Assembly (NCBI GenBank): GCA_030141605.1
Contig: JAQGDQ010000224.1
Location: 124,001 to 188,000, forward strand
Source: Tubiluchus corallicola
Lineage: Eukaryota; Animalia; Priapulida
DNA length: 64,000 bases
Reading direction: 5' to 3'
In this document: in pieces, positions 31,501 to 44,809 of the stretch
How the letters are laid out: each line of letters begins with the position of its first letter
How positions within the stretch are numbered: the stretch's first letter is position 1
Made by a program: the position numbers and the translations under genes
Notes under the pieces: generated by a model
The model's input: the letters and a program-made list of their open reading frames with translations, nothing else
Told to the model about the DNA's origin: nothing
Databases searched by the model: none

Positions 31501-34470
31501 GGCTCAATCCCACGATGTCTCTGTCAGCATTTGGCACAATGATTGGAGGAAGCAGAAATCCAACGGCAACGCCAAGCTAAAAATTCAATACCATTCTTAT
31601 CCATTTACCATTACACGTTTATCATAATTGTGATGGAACAACAGAAAATACCAACAGACAAGCAGTAAAACAAGAATGCTTCAGTTGTAGGACCACTCAT
31701 AAAACTTATACCCATATACAACTACTGCCATTTATTGATAATAACTTAGTTAACAGGAAGAGAAAAATTTGCTCTTCCCTTTTCAAGCCCAAATTGAACG
31801 AAGAAGAAATTTTGTACCTTACCATTTAAAAGTGCCTGAACTATAGATATAGAACAAACAGATAAAGGGTAGGCTAAATTTTTGAAAAAGTACAACCATT
31901 TCTAGAATGCCAATTCAACAAGATCTCGTTACTACGTACAAGTTTATTGATTTCTATATTAGAAGTGAGCTTGAATTTATAATTTTATTTAAAAACAGTC
32001 AACATAAGAATCAAGTAGCCTGCCCAAAGATAAAAGCTGCTTAACGTAGATACTTGTCGCAAGACTGGCACCTTGCTTATTATCAAGGATATTCACTTTA
32101 ATGAAACACTAAGCCAACAATTATCTCAGCCAAATTCAAGAGCATATACAGTTTTCCCGAGAAAAGCAGTCATGAACAATACAGCAAATGAAACCATTCA
32201 GACACAGTTTTTCTAGTGGTCACCTCTTTGTTTACTTAAGTATTGCTTAGTGTAAAGGGCTGGACTTAAAACTAAAATATTCTCTGTCCAAGCAAGAGAA
32301 CCATCCTCTATCTCAGGTTCTCAATAACTTAGGAAATTGACAGAAATAATACAATACATCTTAACATATTTGAAAGTCATATGTAAAACGTTATTCAAAA
32401 ATCAGCTTTCTACATTATAAAAAAATAGGTTAAATTTTGTTCGTACTATTTTTCGAACTCTACAAACAAATTCGCTTTTTGTTCAAAATCTGGCCTTCAA
32501 ATTTTGTGTAAAAGATGTTTTGTGAAAATTACCCTGTGTAAGTGGATATTGCAAAATCCTTTCACTTGAATACGGATCTTGTAAGAAACTGAACTGAACT
32601 TGAGGCACCACTTTTTGCAAGAGGTTTTGTGAGATTTTTCAACTTCTGAGCCAAACTACACAGCACAAATACCACTCCAAACAATGGACACAATAAAGCA
32701 CAAAGACCTGTGATTGATAACACAACTCATTAGCTGTGCCACTTAAATGTGCTATCTTATTGAAGCATACCTGATTGCCAAACACGCCAATAGCGCAAGC
32801 CGTCGATACCTCATTAGGGCCAAACCATACGGCTGCAAGTTTTGCTGGGATGCCCAATACAAATATCTGAGAAATGGCAGCTACAGTCTGACCCAACATC
32901 GTCACCCAAAACTTGTCAGGTGACACGCTTGCACACTTGATCCAAGCGGCGAGAGCATTGCCAAATGAGCCAAGCAAAATTGCTGGTCTTAAACCTGTAT
33001 TAAAACAAAATGTCGTTAGCAGTGTGGGTTGTTTTGGAGTAAGTTAACTTACCAAGCTCTTTGAAGAAGACTGACCACCTGCCCCTATAAACTAATCAAA
33101 AATTCAGGTCCAGCACTTCACCAGGGGTACATTTTGCCCACAGTACAGTTTGGCCCGTGGTGCATCTTGTCAGTGAGGCATCTGCCAGTGATACAGCTCA
33201 CCTATGGTACAGATCGCCAGGGGTACATTTTGGTGCCATTTTGGGGGCCATGGTGCAGTTCATGGGTGGTACAGTCTGCCAGTGGTACAATTCACCAGAG
33301 GCACAGTTTCCCAGGGATAGTTTGCGGTGGTACAGTTTGCCAGTGGTACATTTCACCAGTGGCACAGTTCATTAAAAGTACAGTTCGACAGTGGCACACT
33401 TTGCCAGTTTAATTCCTTTGTTATGTCATTACCTCATTGTTCAATTAAGTAACGTAAATTGTGACTATTCAACCATCGGAGCATCGTCATTCTTACAGTA
33501 AGGTATATTCTACTGCTAAACCCTTGGGTCGATAAGTGCATTATAATATGCACTGCACAATAGAAACATGATAGCCTTTATTAAAATAGTTGGAAACGTA
33601 TGTTTTCTGCAAATCAGCAATACTTAAAACAGCAAGGTCAAGTAACACTACAAACAGTACACAGAGCCAAGTACTAGCATTAAGTAAAAGCTATAATGTT
33701 AGTTAACTAACGATGTGGTATTTGACAGTCTTATACATTATTATTAATTAATAAAATCACAATGCAGTCCAACGGGGAAAAATTTTTTCCCCCCTGAATT
33801 ATTAATCCAAATCAAAAAATTTTCTCAAAAACGTGTGTGCATAAAAACATCTGTAACTTTTATGCTAACTCTACATATAAAAAATCAATGGATGTTTTTC
33901 TAAATAAAAGTCACAAAGGGAGAAAGTAACAAGTAACAAGTTAAAAAGCTGCATTTGCAACATATTACCTGGGCATGTTATCAGATCTTAGATTAAGTGT
34001 GGGCTCTATACATATGTGACTACATGGTGATTGAGATGCTTGAGGAGTTTAAAAGTTCAGCTCTTCAAATCAAAGCAATTGCAACAACATACAAACAGAG
34101 TGCATAAAATATCTGTTTTTGACTAACCTTTTTTGTCTAGAAGCCATGTTGCTGGGAATATCAATGGAATGTATGCAATCATATAAACCATGGATAAAAA
34201 ATCAACAGCCAAGAAGCTATCCAGTCCATAGTAAGACTTGATGATGTTAGCAATGACGCTATACTGAATCCACTGAGCTGCATTGGTCAAAGAATAAAAA
34301 CAGAACAAAGCTAGCATGAACCAACGCCGGACGAACACTCGGGGTTCTTGGAGCGCTGGGGTTCCAGGAAAGCTGGCCTCGCCTTCAACTTCTTCTGGTG
34401 CTAGGCCATTTTTGGTGTCATACGACACATTTACATCTCCAGAATAAGGCTCTTTCCATGACGATTCCAT
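22534..34470 (-). CDS. FLVCR2: FLVCR-family (SLC49) MFS transporter, choline/ethanolamine (heme-related) transporter homolog; coding exons 34470-34128, 32994-32771, 31576-31438, 30471-30334, 30042-29975, 29592-29489, 29339-29229, 28633-28528, 26421-26310, 25704-25640, 22614-22534
   Basis: GT-AG exons join in phase. Motifs [122 protein letters not shown]. Co-ortholog of vertebrate FLVCR1/2, so the symbol is nominal; the last exon is the least certain. An acceptor near 34515 implies an upstream non-coding exon. Confidence 0.93.
23469..24030. repeat. 51-bp minisatellite (about 11 units) in the last FLVCR intron
   Basis: Unit AAAGTATCATAGATGGTACAAGAGAAAGTTGCACAAAGGACCAGTCTTAGG. Confidence 0.96.
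24928..25042. mobile_element. Short palindromic MITE-like element
   Basis: TATTCTCAAAAGTT and AACTTTTGAGAATA form an inverted pair. Confidence 0.5.
25195..25354. mobile_element. Short MITE-like element
   Basis: Terminal inverted repeats TAGGGCCTCCG ... CGGAGGCCCTA. Confidence 0.5.
28014..28383. mobile_element. MITE with long terminal inverted repeats and TTA flanks
   Basis: Inverted pairs TTCATTCGCTCAGTCT/AGACTGAGCGAATGAA and AACCAATTTTTA/TAAAAATTGGTT; ends CAGTC...GACTG with TTA on both sides. Confidence 0.7.
28960..29148. mobile_element. Tc1/mariner (pogo-like) MITE remnant; related fragment at about 13564-13630
   Basis: TA-CAGTTAAACCT ... GAGGTATGACTTTA; shares TTGGCG(A/T)T(G/A)TAA(T/C)GAGGT with the 13.6-kb fragment. 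Confidence 0.4.
30593..31106. mobile_element. About 500-bp interspersed repeat (MITE-like), copy 1, in FLVCR intron 3
   Basis: Collinear similarity with 55499-56011 (TGTGGAACTGCAG, TCTGAGATAA, CAGTTGTCACGT, ACAACATTAAAATTA, AATGGCTAAAAA, GAAGCAGCA, CCCACTAAT); ends GTGGCGACTTGT ... ACGGGCTGCCAC are inverted. Confidence 0.75.
33112..33410. repeat. Degenerate ~16-bp tandem repeat (CCAGTGGTACAGTTTG-like)
   Basis: Recurrent GTGGTACA/TGCCAGTG motifs; possibly the subterminal repeats of an old transposon. Confidence 0.65.
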
Positions 34471-36819
34471 TATTTACGAAACGGATGCAGGAACAAATGA
34501 CCTTTGGACATCAGCTGAAATGTTTAATGTATTAAAATTTAAGCCACAAGAAGCTGCAATGAGTGTTCAATGTTCAACTATTCAATGCTCAGAGATTAAA
34601 ACCAATCACATTGTAGCTCTAGTGACCAAATGGCTTTCTGTCAACAAACACTACAGAATAGTCTTTTTAAAACAAACACCAAAACAGTGTTTGCTATACA
34701 GATAATGTGAAACGTTTTATTATGCCAATCTATTAGAATTTAACACAAGATCATTGCCTGAGGGCAGCAGGAACGTACGTCATGCAAAGAACATTCAAAG
34801 GAAAGCACTAATGTAAACAGCAATATAATTCCTGGACCAAGTTAATCCATCAGTTAGTCAAATAATTTAAATTCCAGGTTTGCAACTAAAGAGTTTTACC
34901 AAAATCAACAATTTGCCTAGGCGTAGATATAGACCTTGGAAGGCTCGATAGGGATATATCCCCTACATGAGCTTTATGCATTGAATAATTTCACTCTCTG
35001 TCAACTCACAATCTTCCATATTTATCCATACTGATATTTTTTGGCAAATTTTTTTTTTTTATGTTTAGGTGAATGTCCCATTTGGAATAGAGAAATGGAC
35101 AATAAATACAGAGCAAATTTCATAATCTTAATATACTATAAATTGTTACTATAAATTTGCTGTTCCCTGCAGTTTTGTAAATTGAAGACTTCGATTATTA
35201 TAAGTTTATTTGCAATAATGAGACAAATGTGGTTGTACGAAACTTTTTCATTAACAAATAAACCATTACTATACGCACTTCCGTAACTGCAGCTGTTTGC
35301 ATACAATGGAAACTGTGAGCAAAAGGCAGTGAATTTATCTTGCTGGTCTTGCTGGACGTAAATTTATGAAAGATTTCCTAGTGTCAATGAATCATGCATT
35401 CTGACAGGAAATCTGAAAATGATGCAGTTCATTTCATTTAATTAAGGGAGAGAAGAAGTAATTACAATAATTAGTTAATTACTAACAAGCAATATAAAAT
35501 TGGTATTTTGACTGAGCATCTTAACTAAGTGCTCTCAGTATGGCTTATCTCTGCTTGGTTTAATTTCTAGAACTCAAAGAAGGAACTTCATGTAAACAAA
35601 AAATGTTTATGTAAATGAAATAGCAAGAGCAGACATTGTTGCTTGCAGAGAAAGGATTAAGAAACTAGGTACAGGAAATGAATTCAGTTGGCAACTAAAT
35701 CTATATTATAATTATCACTGGCACTTGCCTCTTTCAAATCTTTAACCACTATATAATTGTAGTTGGGCCGTATTTTCGTTTGCAGTACTTACAGATAGCG
35801 AATGTTTTTGAACTTAAACTAATAAAAGTAAAATGGTTAAACTAACAAAAGTAAAATGGTTCTGTTAATCTTCCTGTACTGTTTGTAAGCCATAATTTTT
35901 ATTAAACAGTCAATCACCATTATGCAACACCTTATTTTTGAAGGTTGTTTTCTGATAAATCTACCATTACATAAGTACAATGAAATTCTCTGTGCCGTAG
36001 TCATAATGATTGTTACTCTAAATGCACTAAACAATGTTGACAATAATTATAATCTATGCAAAATTCACCATTTCTTCATCATCCAAATTAACAAGAAAAC
36101 CACGTGTGCGTACATTGTAGAAATGAAGACGCTGCCAACTGAATGACTTAACGGCATCCAGGCGCATCACCCCGAATGGTAAAATTTTATGAGGCTAATT
36201 CAAGCTGAAAGGTGTCCAAATCGTTTTGTTAAAAAGCTGTCGGTTGGTTTTGCCAGGCCTAGTAGTATTGCTTAATGGCGGCGTTTATCGGACGAAAATG
36301 ACAAATTACAAAAACAAATTTTTTGTATTGGTCGTCGCTACCGAATTTATTTAAACAAACTGATTCGAAACAGAAATTTTCCAAAATTTCGGTCAACTTT
36401 CTTAGAAACAAAATTGCCGGAACAAAATTTTACGGAATTTTTTTTGTACTAACGAAACAAAACAAACCAAAAATTCGATTCGGGTCAGTAATTGAAATCC
36501 GGCTGTTTCCAAATTACAGTGCATACCTAGTTGTAGGCTAGACATCAGTGCAGTAAACTAAAAACAGTATTTAGTATCATTTTTAGACCGAACTTCTGAT
36601 TTGCGTGATCGCAGACCCCCTCCACACTCTCCCCCTACTTCAACTGGCTATCCTGATGGTGTCAGGGAAAGTCCTTTTCACAAAGTGGTCTACTGCTACT
36701 TACTGTAAACAAATTTTCGTTGCACTAGTGTCTAAACACTGAGTAAACTACTATGCAGCATACCACTACCATACCACACTACAGACACAGATATAAGAAT
36801 TATTTATCTCCTCATTAAC

Positions 36820-36853
36820 AATTCAATTCAATTTAGTTCAATTGCGTTTATTG
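36820..36853 (-). mobile_element. Probable LINE 3' tail remnant; a similar one lies at about 39495-39512
   Basis: Minus strand reads AATAAA followed by (TTGAA)n units, typical of L2-group LINE ends. Confidence 0.35.
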
Positions 36854-37159
36854 CTCCGATGCATTACGAGTACACTGGCTAAGAGAAACAATCAAAACTA
36901 AAACTACCACATCTACTAAAATTATATGCGTATACTAAATATCTAATATTACACTAATAATAGTATAATAATTAATATTGTTTACAAAATGTGGATAACG
37001 CAAATTTGCTCACAGTGACGGAATGTACATGTAAAATGGATATTTACATACTGTAAACAGTAGAAACACCAGCAGTAGAAGAGAAAATAATTACACTGAT
37101 AAATTAATTCAGAAAAATAAAAATATGTTTGAGGGCAAGCATCATAGCTGCAGACGAGA

Positions 37160-38403
37160 CTCAGAAAAACCAAGACAGGCTAAACATAATGGCTGAATGA
37201 ACTGGATGAAAGCTAACAAACTGTCTATTAACTATAAAAAGACAAAATACATGCTGATTATGCCTGGCCGCAAAACAGACGCATACGAAAATTTCCAGAT
37301 TTCAATGAATAATCAAATATTAACTAGGTCTAAAGAAATTAAATACCTCGGTATGTTCATTGATGATAACTTAACATGGTCTACACAAACAAAACACATA
37401 ACCTACAAAATTAGCAAAATCAAGGGCATAATTGCGAGGATAAGACACTACGTAAATACAGATATACTAAAACTAATATACCATGCTTTGGTTTATTCTT
37501 ATCTTCACTATGGGATTCTTTCCTGGGGCACTGCATCTTCAAATACTTTAAAACCGATACAAACTCATCAAAACATTATAGTTAAGCTGATGACATTTTC
37601 TGGTAGACGGGAACATGCAACGCCATCCTACATTAAATTGGGCCTCTTAAAACTGAATGACATCTACAAACTCGAGCTTGCAAAATTTGTATACAAATTT
37701 AAGAATAACTTACTACCAGAATTGTTTCTAAATTACTATACGCCAGCATCTGATATTCACAGTTACAACACTAGGTTTTCTACTAACAGTTCTTTCTTCA
37801 TCGAACGATTTAATACATCTAAGGGTCAAACGTCGTTAAAATATCAGGGATCAGTATTATGGAACTCTCTACCTGCTCATATAACTTCTTTACCTCTGCA
37901 TTCGCTAAAAAAAACAGTACGCTAAGGCACTCCTTGAAACTTACAAATAAATCAGTTTTTTTGTCTGTTACTGTTAGATGTACATTCTTATGGTAACTTT
38001 TGCTTAAAAACATTTTTTATGAGGTGCAAAAACTCACTTTTTTGCTGTTGTATTTTTGTTTTTTGTATTTCCGTACGTTTATGTATTTATTAGATGTATT
38101 TATCAGAAACAATTGTAAGGTATTTTGCTTAGTAGTTCGTAAATTTGTCATGGTTTTTGATTTTTGTCTTTTGCTTTTGTATTTTTTTTTTGTATTTCTG
38201 CACGTTTATGTATTTTTTAATATAGCTGTGTCTACTGTCCTTAGCGTCCTTTTGTTTACTGTCCTTTGAGAAGGGTGGTTGACTCGATAACCTTTGGTTT
38301 TTCGCCACCCTTTCTCCTATGTTTGTTTGTATTTTTGTGTATTTTATTGTCAAATTATTGTATATGGAGGAAAAATAAAAATTACTATTACTACTATTAC
38401 TAA
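37160..38403 (+). mobile_element. 5'-truncated LINE (CR1/L2/jockey-group) retrotransposon: C-terminal part of the reverse-transcriptase ORF, 3' UTR and simple-repeat tail
   Basis: ORF 37197-37925: WMKANKLSINYKKTKYM, IKYLGMFIDDNLTW, LIYHALVYSYLHYGILSWG, HSYNTR, YQGSVLWNSLP; then AATAAA and a (TAC/TAT)n tail at about 38374-38403. Confidence 0.9.
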
Positions 38404-41400
38404 TGTTATTATAAATGGCTATAACTGATTTGAAAATACAAAAGAAATTTAATTGCTGCTTACCAATACAGCATCAGCCAAGAGAATGTTTGCACGAAAC
38501 GCTTCAACATTTTTTATCACAAAAAAATTTATGTCAAAAGAAGCAATAAACGATATCTTTGAGTTGAAGCAATGAACAAGATCTTTGTGCACCAGTGACA
38601 GGAGTAGATACCATATATAACGCTTTGATATAAAGCATAGAGTCTACTGACTTTAATATAGATAACCGTGTACAATTACCACACTCAGTCTCAGTACATT
38701 AATTTTAACATATCATTTGCAGTGGTTTTGAAAGTAAACCTTTTATTTGTACTGTGTTTATATAAGAACTATACATACTAACCACAGGCAGTTAAATTCA
38801 AGTAAACTATAGAAGAAGCCAACGAAAAAATCCTCGTGTTACCCGTAAGCAGCCCAGCCCAGTGTAATGAGCACCTGTTAATTTTAGCGGCTATTGCAAT
38901 AATGGCAACAAAATTTATCGAGCTGTAAACAGTTAGCAAACCAGTGAAACTCATTGCCTAATCATAATAAAAATTATAACTTTTTGTTTGGTGTTTTTCC
39001 TGAGAAGAAAATGAATTCCTGGTTGGCAGTTTTTAATAGTGCTGCTTTCATGAGAATTCAAAGCATTTCTAATTACGGTTAGCTCACAAACTTTACATGC
39101 AACCACGCAACAAAGACTCATAAGCGTGTTCAGTTGTTAAAATTAAATTTGATTTTGATAACCCTTCGGTCCACACTAGACTTGACACGATGATATACCA
39201 AGTTCCTGTAGCTTTATTCAGTTCTTCAGTAGCACATATTGACAAGCTAATCAGATTGAAACAGCAGTGGTTCACTACCTAATTGTTCTGACATCATGAA
39301 CCTACTTTCTTGCTTTAAGGGAAAACATAATGATTTTTCATACCGAATCCCTTTTTACAATATGGTAAAATACTTATAAATAATGCTGAATGCTAAAGCG
39401 CTTCTGATAATTGAATAATAGGTTGAAAATTAAATTAATGGTAAGTGAGCCCAACTATATAATAGTGATGACAATTGAACATAATTTCCAACAGTTCAAT
39501 TCAATTTTATTGCACAAATAAAGTGATGTAGCATGAAAAAAATTTATGGCAAAAAATATAAGAAAAAACGAAGTACAAAAATGGATACAAAATGCAATGA
39601 AAACAATTATGCAACGTTGCAAAAACATGAGTTTGTACAAGTTATTTACTTGAACAATCTACTTACATCTAGTAAGAAATCATGCAATTTTGTCAAACTT
39701 TAATCATATTTATACTACAACTACAATAAACTTAAAAAAACAAAAAACCTAAATAATTAGAACAATCACAAATGAGATTGAATTGTTTGATCACAGCACA
39801 AGGTTTATCCAGCACTCACAAATTACCACCAAAATATAACTGCCTCTTTTTATCACATTTATTTAAGTCGTTTCCAAAGTGAATAAGGTTTTCCAAGTTT
39901 GCATTTGAAAACAGCCACATTACTGAGTGTACATTGCTTTTATGAAAAGGTAGATTATATATTTTATTCACATATTTTTGTCTAATGTCTTCTTATAAAG
40001 GACCAGGTGGAAAGATAGTGTAATTCGTTTTTTACCAACTTTGAGCTATTGTTGTGACAGTATTGACAAAGCCTTTCATCTTCTTTTTTATTTTTATATC
40101 CACCGCATTCTATTGGCAGATGTTGCTTGCTGATACGTAATTTTGTAATCTTCTGTCTCTGTTTCTGATAAGAAATAATTTTTAAATAATCCTCTAATTC
40201 ATAATTGATCTTAACATGCCAATAAAATCTCAGCTTATTTTTGCTACCATTTCGTCTAGCATCATTATGTAGCTTTGTAAAAATAACTTTCTGTACCCTG
40301 ATTTGAGTTTATTACCGAATTCTTTCAGCTTGTGATTCAGACACACTTTATCAATTTTATCTGTGCCATATGTTTGAAATCCTGAAAAAATTTGCCCATT
40401 TTGTATAAAGCTGTTTCTCTTCTTTCGGGAACTGGTAACTATATACATTTAAATAGTGTATTCCTTGGCTTTATATGTATTATTATTAGTGAAGAATTGT
40501 TGATGCTTCAATTAGTTCGAAAGCTGTTTCTTCTGGCAAAAAAAATTCCTGTAAATTTTCTTGGCAAGCAATTTTTCTGCCAAAATATTTATTTATAAAA
40601 AAGCTTTACTGCTAAACGAGTCTCCAAAGTGCCTACAGGGATGATACAGGGCACGGATGAGAAATTACTGCGAGGTAGACAGACGGTTTGATCATTTTTT
40701 GAAGATATTTCCTATTGCTAAGCGCTAAAAGCCAGTTACTGTAGTCGTCAGCGAACTGTTGGTTAGTTTTCTAATCTTTTAGAATTTTGCCTATCAAGTG
40801 TCGGGCGTACAATGATGACGATGAGCTTAAGATACTAAGGTCATCAGTAGTGGTCGTGAGGTTCCTGTTTCATAATGAACCTATGATTAATTAATAATTG
40901 CCTGTCTACTGGGTTAGCTGCTGCGTTGCTTGTCTCGAAAGTAGATTTTCCTCTTAGAATTCTGCTATCGCAATGTTTCTAAATGTGACGCTCTTTCGAT
41001 ATAACTTATGGTAATGTGACTGTTTATTGATTAGTTTATTAATTATTGTTTAAACTTCCATGCATGTTGTGAGGTAATAATTATATCGAGTAATAATACT
41101 AATATATCCCATAGGAGTAAATCTGGTAAGCAAAAACTAAGCTTAGTTCAATTGCTTTCAATAACCTTTCACAAAATAATTGTTGTTACCAATCGCGTGT
41201 GTCTAGAATTTATAAATAAAAATAAAGGATACCAACTGCTTAGTATCCATCACACGTGATTCTTCCCAATTGTTTATTTATTTATGTTATTAAGCAATTC
41301 TTTTACAATAAGTCAGTAAACTTTTTGAAAGATGTTTAATAAAAGCAAAAATTGATGGTTTTAATGCGTCATGTGATTAGACTGTGCAATGGCTGAAGTT

Positions 41401-42436
41401 AGCACTAAGCTTAAGCAAAAACGCCCTCCAAAAGCAGCTGGGAAAAACAGGAAGATGAACAGTTAAATACAAATTACTGCATATTCCTTCATAATTGATT
41501 TTGTCCCTAAAAATTCATGACTTCAATACATTACAACTTTTAAATTTGTATTTGAAATTTGATAAAGAGAACAGATGGTAGTTTCTGTTATTAATTATTG
41601 CATTGTCCCAGTAAATGGTTAACATGCACTTATTCTGGAGAAAATCCTATTTGAAACACTTAAGTACAGCCTCTTTAATCTGAAGCATTTATGATAAAAC
41701 AGTGTATTATTCCATTTTCTTGCGTTTATAATCAGTGAATTCTTGGTAAGTTGGAGTTGCAATAATCTATTTGATGAAAGTCTTGTTTTAGTTAGGGGAA
41801 CATAGAAAGTCAAAAGGGCATTCAAAATAACACCTGCAATGCAGGTGGATTCGGCTTGTATAATATATTACCAATTTACCAGCATGTCAAATGGTAATTA
41901 AAAAATTAAGTGGTCAGTGCTCTGTAATCAGTGTACCTGACAGAAGCAACTGGAAAATTTCATAGTTGTATTTAAGCAGTACAAGCGTAGTTTGCCATTT
42001 AATGAGTTGGTGAGCTTATTCGTAAACTCATTTGCTTTCTGTAAGATACTTCAGAATATAAGAAACAAGAAAATTTAAGTCAAGAGGAAGGGACGAAACC
42101 CTCAAATGTTTAGTAGGCAGTGATGAAAGAAGTTTATACTTGCTACAGCTGTTTTTCCCATTAAAAGTAAGAAGCCACCTTAGCCCCTGCACTAAGCCAA
42201 CTCAACACCTCATTTCTGGCATTTGAGTCACTTCTGATCAAAAATCTTCAAGTGGGAATAATGACTATACTATTACTGATACAAATTTAGAATTTTTGTT
42301 ATAGAAACTATTTATGATGAGCTTTTTATTTCCTGCCTTACTCAAAAAATTTCTACAACTGTCGTTAGGAAGATTGCCCAGAACATAGCTGTGCATAGTT
42401 AAACCTTGTTTGCATTATACTGTCTCTCATTGTGAT

Positions 42437-43010
42437 ACCTGCTCTAGGATGTTCCAGAATGCTTACTCTAGCATGTTCTAGAATGCCTGATTTAGGCTGT
42501 TCTAGGATGCTTACTCTAGCATGTTCTAGAATGCCTGCTCTAGGATGCTTACTCTAGCATGTTCTAGAGTGCCTGCTCTAGCATGTTCTAGGATGCTTAC
42601 TCTAGCATGTTCTAGAATGTCTGCTCTAGCATGTTCTAGGATGCTTACTCTAGCATGTTCTAGAATGCCTGCTTTAGGATGTTCTAGGATGCTTACTCTA
42701 GCATGTTCTAGAATGTCTGCTCTAGCATGTTCTGGGATGCTTACTCTAGCATGTTCTAGAATGCCTGCTCTAGGATGTTCTAGGATGCTTACTCTACCAT
42801 GTTCTAGAATGCCTGCTCTAGGATGTTCTAGGATGCTTACTCTAGCATGTTCTAGAATGTCTGCTCTAGGATGTGCTAGGATGCCTGTTATAGGTTGCTC
42901 TAAGATGCTTACTTTAACATGTTCTAGGATGATTATTCTAGGATGCCTGCTTTAGGGTATTCTAGAATTCCTGCTGTGGGTTGTTGTAGGGTGCTTGCTG
43001 TAGGATGTTC
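42437..43010. repeat. 24-bp (48-bp dimeric) TCTAG-rich minisatellite upstream of HGSNAT copy 1
   Basis: Alternating units ATGCTTACTCTAGCATGTTCTAGA / ATGCCTGCTCTAGGATGTTCTAGG, decaying toward the 3' end. Confidence 0.93.
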
Positions 43011-44809
43011 GTCACCCTGAGTCTAGTTCTGTGGGGCAAGAACATTGGTCATGTATGGTCATGGCTATGACATCTCTGCTCATTTAGCATGTAATTTTAA
43101 TGCAATATCCTTGATATTAATCTAGATTTTGGTCTCGTCACAAGCATTGCATTGGTTGGACCTTGGCTCACACAGATTGTGCAAAACTTGTATAAAAAAT
43201 TAATGGAGAATATAGTAATTGGAACGAAACTTGCAGCTGTTTTTCACATTAAGAGTAAGAAGTCAACTTAGCCCTATGTTAGGTCTATATAATAACGTAA
43301 CTAAATGTTCCAAGCTAAATAGGTAGTTATTCTTGATTTGTCTCACCCGGTCACGAACCCTACTTAATTCCAACATTAACAGCATCGTAGAACTGACATT
43401 ATAGCAAAGCCCAGATGTAATTACTTACACACTGCTAAATCATGTTATGTTTAGTCATTTTAACACTAAGTAGTATTTTCTTTAATTTGAATGTAACGTT
43501 TTATTCGCACACAAGTACAAATCAGCTGTTTCTGGGACTGTAGCAAAAGCTACTTCTTGGCTTGAAATTGAATAAGCATATTCTAAAGTTCATGTGACTA
43601 GAAAAACCTTTCCTAGAACTGAACTGTCTTATATACTGTCCATATATTGTCTTAGTCAAATTAAGCACTACTTGTCATTTTGTGTACACAGCATTCCATT
43701 TTATCATGTTTACTCTTAGTGAATATGGCTGAATTATCTATGACTACAAACGCGAAACACACTGCTTACAAATAACTGCAACTACCTTTTGACTCGTTCT
43801 CGTACACTTGTCTATTTACCATCCTGACAGCAGTCTATGTTGTTGACTAGAGCACCATAAATCATTTTTATTCCGCTAAACTTATCTACAGCTTAGTGTG
43901 CCCCTTTATCAGCGCATAAGTTCATGTTAACACTGGCAATAAATAATTATCTTTTGATTCCGAATGTCAGCTAAGCAGCTGTGTTTTGACTTTATTGTTG
44001 AATGTGACTTGTGGTTGTTGATTAAGTAAGTACTGTACATTAACTTGTTATTTGGTAAGTATAAATTTGATATTGTTCACAGTTCAATAACTGCTGATGA
44101 AAGAAGCTTATACTGAGATATTTATGCATCTGTGATAAATTGGGACCACAGTGGTGCTTTGCCTAATTTTTCAAATGAAAAATAAGCTAAATTGAATACA
44201 ATTGATAATTTTACCATTCAGTTATACAAAGATTTTCCAGCGAACATTAAACTACAGATGTGTTATTTTTTGTTTTAAAAACCTTATCAACTGTACCTTT
44301 CAGTAATCATCCTACTAAATGTTATGAAAATGACAGCTCAATCCTTCATTTACCAAAAAGTTTAACAGCTACATAACATTTACAAATTGATTGTACCTAT
44401 GCAGTTAGGTAGTCAAGCATGTCCGAGAGCCAATCAGCCACGCTTGTTAAGTGGTGCTGTAAATACTGCTGATCAGGATTTCTGAATATCCCGTAATTAG
44501 AAAGACCAAATTTCTCTGTAATAGAACAGTAGATTACAGACCTTGTTTACACAGGTGGTGCTCCCAAGTGTTGAAAATTTTTTTGTTTGGATTCTTCAGA
44601 AAGAAAAATTGATGAAACTTATTTTGCAGTGTGAGTATTGCTTTCATCATGCCATGATAAGATGCCACGTCAGTACCGTGAAACGTTAACTGTCCTTTTC
44701 CTTACTTTAATATCAATCACTTTTTGTTATTTTTAGCATAATGGTCTAATGGAAGACTGACGCCATGTGATTACCGTTTGGTTGTCTAACAGTTCTGGCA
44801 GCTAACAAC

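Noticed and set aside
42545-42955. Cys/Met-rich repeat protein (MLTLACSR)n
   Set aside because: Arises from a 24-bp minisatellite; no signal peptide or flanking coding context.
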